A DNA stretch of 64,000 bases. Source: Candidatus Latescibacterota bacterium. GTDB taxonomy: Bacteria; Latescibacterota; UBA2968. Within the stretch, counting starts at the first letter, position 1. The number at the start of each line of letters is the position of its first letter. The position numbers and the translations under genes are program-made. The notes beneath the pieces were generated by a model. The model did no database searches. It had not been told where the DNA came from and saw only the letters and a program-made list of their open reading frames with translations. This document shows, one piece after another, positions 59,961 through 64,000 of this stretch. The stretch covers positions 3,776,001 to 3,840,000 of the forward strand of contig OZ240241.1 in the NCBI GenBank assembly GCA_965198115.1, given 5' to 3'.

Positions 59961-60216
59961 TTCGTGCCCGCCGGAGGAATACGTGGTCATGTAGCTTCTC
60001 TACGGTCGACGACGGGGGGCGCGTCTGCGTTCAGGTCCGTGGCTCGGAGCGTGTTGGACGAGACGCATTGTTGTCAGGTTGTCTGTTCGCGGCTGGTTCC
60101 TCACCACTGTTCTGCCACCTCGATCGAGTGGAGCGACGCGCTTATTGGAGACTCCTCGGCGTGCTGTGGTGCCGATGCCGAGCTGTCCGAAGGACGTCGC
60201 TTAACCCGTTGGAATT

Positions 60217-60245
60217 TTGACTTTCGAAGGCTCCGAGTATATATT
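60217..60245 (+). promoter_or_regulatory. sigma70 promoter of the M23-bactofilin operon
   Basis: TTGACT-N17-TATATT. Confidence 0.6.
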
Positions 60246-60281
60246 CGCCGCTTCGTCCGCGAGGCGATCAAGGGAGATCCT

Positions 60282-61118
60282 GTGGCCAAACGTCAACGAC
60301 GTCAACTGTCTGTTCTGATCATTCCCGACGACGGGACCCAGACAAGAGAGTTCAAGATCGAGTACTGGGTCGTGCACGCCGTCCTCGCTTTGCAGGTCGT
60401 GCTCCTGGGCATGGTCTGTCTGGGGGGCGTGTTCTACTGGCGGTCGCTGCAGTGGGAGGGTGAAGCGCTTCGCCTTCGCCACGACAACCAGCGTGCCCGA
60501 TTAGAACTCGAGCGTGTGGATGACCTGGCCTCGGTCGTCACACGGATGAAGCTCGTCGATCAGCAGCTTCGAACGATGTTATCACACTCGACGAGGATCG
60601 ATCCCGCTGGCTACTCCTTGCCGGCGGCCTCACGCCCCGCAGAGGAAACCGAGGCGTCGGGGCAACAGCGCGTGACGGTTCGCCAGGTGACGATGCACCA
60701 CGACACGACGATGGACCAGCGTGCGGTGCCGTCTCTGTGGCCGGTCGCCCGTTCGTCGGGTTGGGTGACGCGGGGGTATCGCCCCGATCAAGGTGTGCTT
60801 CTCGATGGACATCCCGGGCTGGACATCGCGGCGGCCGAGGGCACGGTCGTCGTCGCGGCCGCCGACGGCCGCGTGGTCTTTTCGGGAGAAGAAGAGACTC
60901 TGGGTCTGATGGTCGCGATCGACCACTTTGGCGCCTACCTTACCCGGTACGCCCACAATGCGGCACTCATCGTGGAGGTGGGCGAACGGGTGCGGAAGGG
61001 CCAGCCGATCGCGCTCGTCGGCAACACCGGGCAAAGTTCGGGGCCGCATCTGCATTTCGAAATCTGGGAACAGGGGTCACCTCGTGACCCACTGGCTTAT
61101 TTGCCCGACGCGAGGTAG
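60282..61118 (+). CDS. M23-family metallopeptidase
   Basis: TM helix, coiled coil, HPGLD, YAHN and GNTGQSSGPHLHFE motifs. Confidence 0.93.
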   Translation: MAKRQRRQLSVLIIPDDGTQTREFKIEYWVVHAVLALQVVLLGMVCLGGVFYWRSLQWEGEALRLRHDNQRARLELERVDDLASVVTRMKLVDQQLRTMLSHSTRIDPAGYSLPAASRPAEETEASGQQRVTVRQVTMHHDTTMDQRAVPSLWPVARSSGWVTRGYRPDQGVLLDGHPGLDIAAAEGTVVVAAADGRVVFSGEEETLGLMVAIDHFGAYLTRYAHNAALIVEVGERVRKGQPIALVGNTGQSSGPHLHFEIWEQGSPRDPLAYLPDAR

Positions 61119-61124
61119 CACGAG

Positions 61125-61523
61125 ATGGGGCGGACAGTGGACGTGGAGCGGACAGGTGTGAATACGGTCGTCGGAGGAGACTCCGAGCTCGAGGGTCGCT
61201 TCGTTGTGACCGATGGCATCCGTGTGGACGGGACTTTGCGGGGTAGCCTGGAGGCTTCGGGTATCCTCGTGGTCGGGATGACTGGGCGCGTGTTGGCGGA
61301 CCCGATTCGAATCCGGTCCGCGATCATCGCCGGTTACGTGGAAGGAAACGTCGACGCCGAGGGCGAGGTGCGGTTGGATGAGACGGCGACCGTCGTCGGA
61401 ACCATTTCGGGAAGTGTGTTGACGGTCGCCCAGGGCGCCCGTTTGAAGGGTACGTGTGATGTGGGGGACGTCGGGGAGCTGTCCACCACGCCGCCCGAAT
61501 TCAGACAGGCCGCCGCACGCTGA
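61125..61523 (+). CDS. Bactofilin (polymer-forming cytoskeletal protein)
   Basis: NTVVG...IRVDG...GYVEGNV...GARLKG beta-helix; typical pairing with M23. Confidence 0.92.
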   Translation: MGRTVDVERTGVNTVVGGDSELEGRFVVTDGIRVDGTLRGSLEASGILVVGMTGRVLADPIRIRSAIIAGYVEGNVDAEGEVRLDETATVVGTISGSVLTVAQGARLKGTCDVGDVGELSTTPPEFRQAAAR

Positions 61524-61545
61524 ACCACTCGTCGTCGAAGACAGC

Positions 61546-61585
61546 GGGGCCCCGATGGGATCATCCATCGGGGCCCCTGGCTTTT
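61546..61585. terminator. Terminator between convergent bactofilin and hflX
   Basis: GGGGCCCCGATGG/CCATCGGGGCCCC stem. Confidence 0.8.
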
Positions 61586-61600
61586 GGACGATGTGCGTGT

Positions 61601-62983
<1,383 letters not shown>

Positions 62984-63754
62984 CGGCTTCTTTCAGTTGG
63001 TCGTGCAGATCCTGAGATAGCGTACGCGGCCTGTCCTGGCGGATTTCGGACGCCCACTCCTTCAGGAACTCGATCTCTTCGCTCTCGTCGACCAGGTCGG
63101 GGCGGTCGAACTCGGCGTAGAGCGATCGGATTTCTTCGATTCCTTCTTCGATGTCGATCAGAGCGCCGTCGTAATCGGACGACTCGAGCTTGAGCAGGGC
63201 AGACGCCCTGACACGATGGCCTATGACGAACGGGCGATACTGTTCGAACGCCAGCTTCTCCTCGTCGTCGGCTGCATAGGCTTTGACAAAGTCGAACAGC
63301 CCGAGGTTTCGCTCGGCGTCGAGCCGCGCACGGTCATAGTCTTCCAGTTCGAGGAAGCTGATTCGGCGGTGGTAATACTGGAGGGCTTCGATCTGAAGCA
63401 TCATGCAGGTTTCGGAGTCGAGTGAGAATTCCGCGTCTTCGCCTTCGGGTGTTCTATCTTCAGCGGCTCGGGCCTGAGCCTGATGGTAATGGAGGAGTGA
63501 TTCATAGCCGTGAGGTCTCTGCCCATCGGGCCGTCCTGTTACTTCCATTTGCAGAATGCCCATCTCTATTCTAAGCTGAATCTTTTCTCGACCATCGGCG
63601 CCCTTGATGCGGCGAACACAGAGCTTGCCCGAGTCGTAGGGCCAACCGTCGAGAAGGGGCTGTATGTCGTTGCCCATGAAGAATCCTCCTGGCCGAATGA
63701 GCGGGTAGTTGCCCCTTCGGTCAGTGTGGTTTTGCGCGTCAAACCAACGGTTTG

Positions 63755-63783
63755 AGTGTACGATAATGGGTGGGGCATGTCAA
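63755..63783 (-). promoter_or_regulatory. sigma70 promoter of the UVR-protein/hflX operon
   Basis: TTGACA-N17-TACACT on the minus strand. Confidence 0.65.
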
Positions 63784-63926
63784 GCCGACCCCCTGTTCGC
63801 ATCCCTCTCCGGACGGGCCATTTAGAGGTAGCGACGGTGTCGAAAGATTCTTTTTCAAACAGACTTCGAGTTGGCTCATAAAGGTGAAGGCCTTCTGTTG
63901 ACTCGTGAGGGAGACGTGAGACGTTG

Positions 63927-64000
63927 ATGGATGATCGCAATCGACAGATGACACTCGTAGTCCGTGCTCAAACAGGGGATACGGGCGCATTTGATCAATT
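63927..64000 (+). CDS. ECF-type RNA polymerase sigma factor, N-terminal fragment (runs off window end)
   Basis: MDDRNRQMTLVVRAQTGDTGAFDQ matches the ECF N-terminal L-V-x-R-A-Q-x-G-D-x-x-A-F motif. Confidence 0.7.
   Translation, partial: MDDRNRQMTLVVRAQTGDTGAFDQ

Overview
GC-rich (~60%) bacterial chromosome segment. Gene order and content (thrS-infC-rpmI-rplT-zapB-zapA-rny-ymdB-xseAB-nadK-recN-mqnE-mqnC-mqnA, futalosine pathway, DUF3604, bactofilin/M23) suggest an FCB-group or Latescibacterota-like organism; this assignment is inference. The window is mostly housekeeping and transport genes, riddled with nine recent IS copies: IS1380 (partial), ISL3, two IS630 types (3+1 copies) and two IS256 types (1+2 copies). 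These include a three-level nest at the left edge and several insertions into promoters, leaders or gene ends. Best leads: (1) a queE-[IS]-tgt-rmt block, in which a TGT with a remodelled base pocket is translationally coupled to an ArmA/Rmt-family 16S rRNA m7G methyltransferase homologue; (2) an M28-peptidase/AAC(3)-acetyltransferase fusion protein; (3) an orphan sigma-region-4-like HTH gene with an apparent leader-peptide attenuator upstream and a second micro-ORF in a ~150-nt hairpin downstream, both micro-ORFs preceded by CCGAAAGGAGG. No CRISPR array, rRNA or tRNA was seen. All calls are from reading the sequence; no database searches were run.
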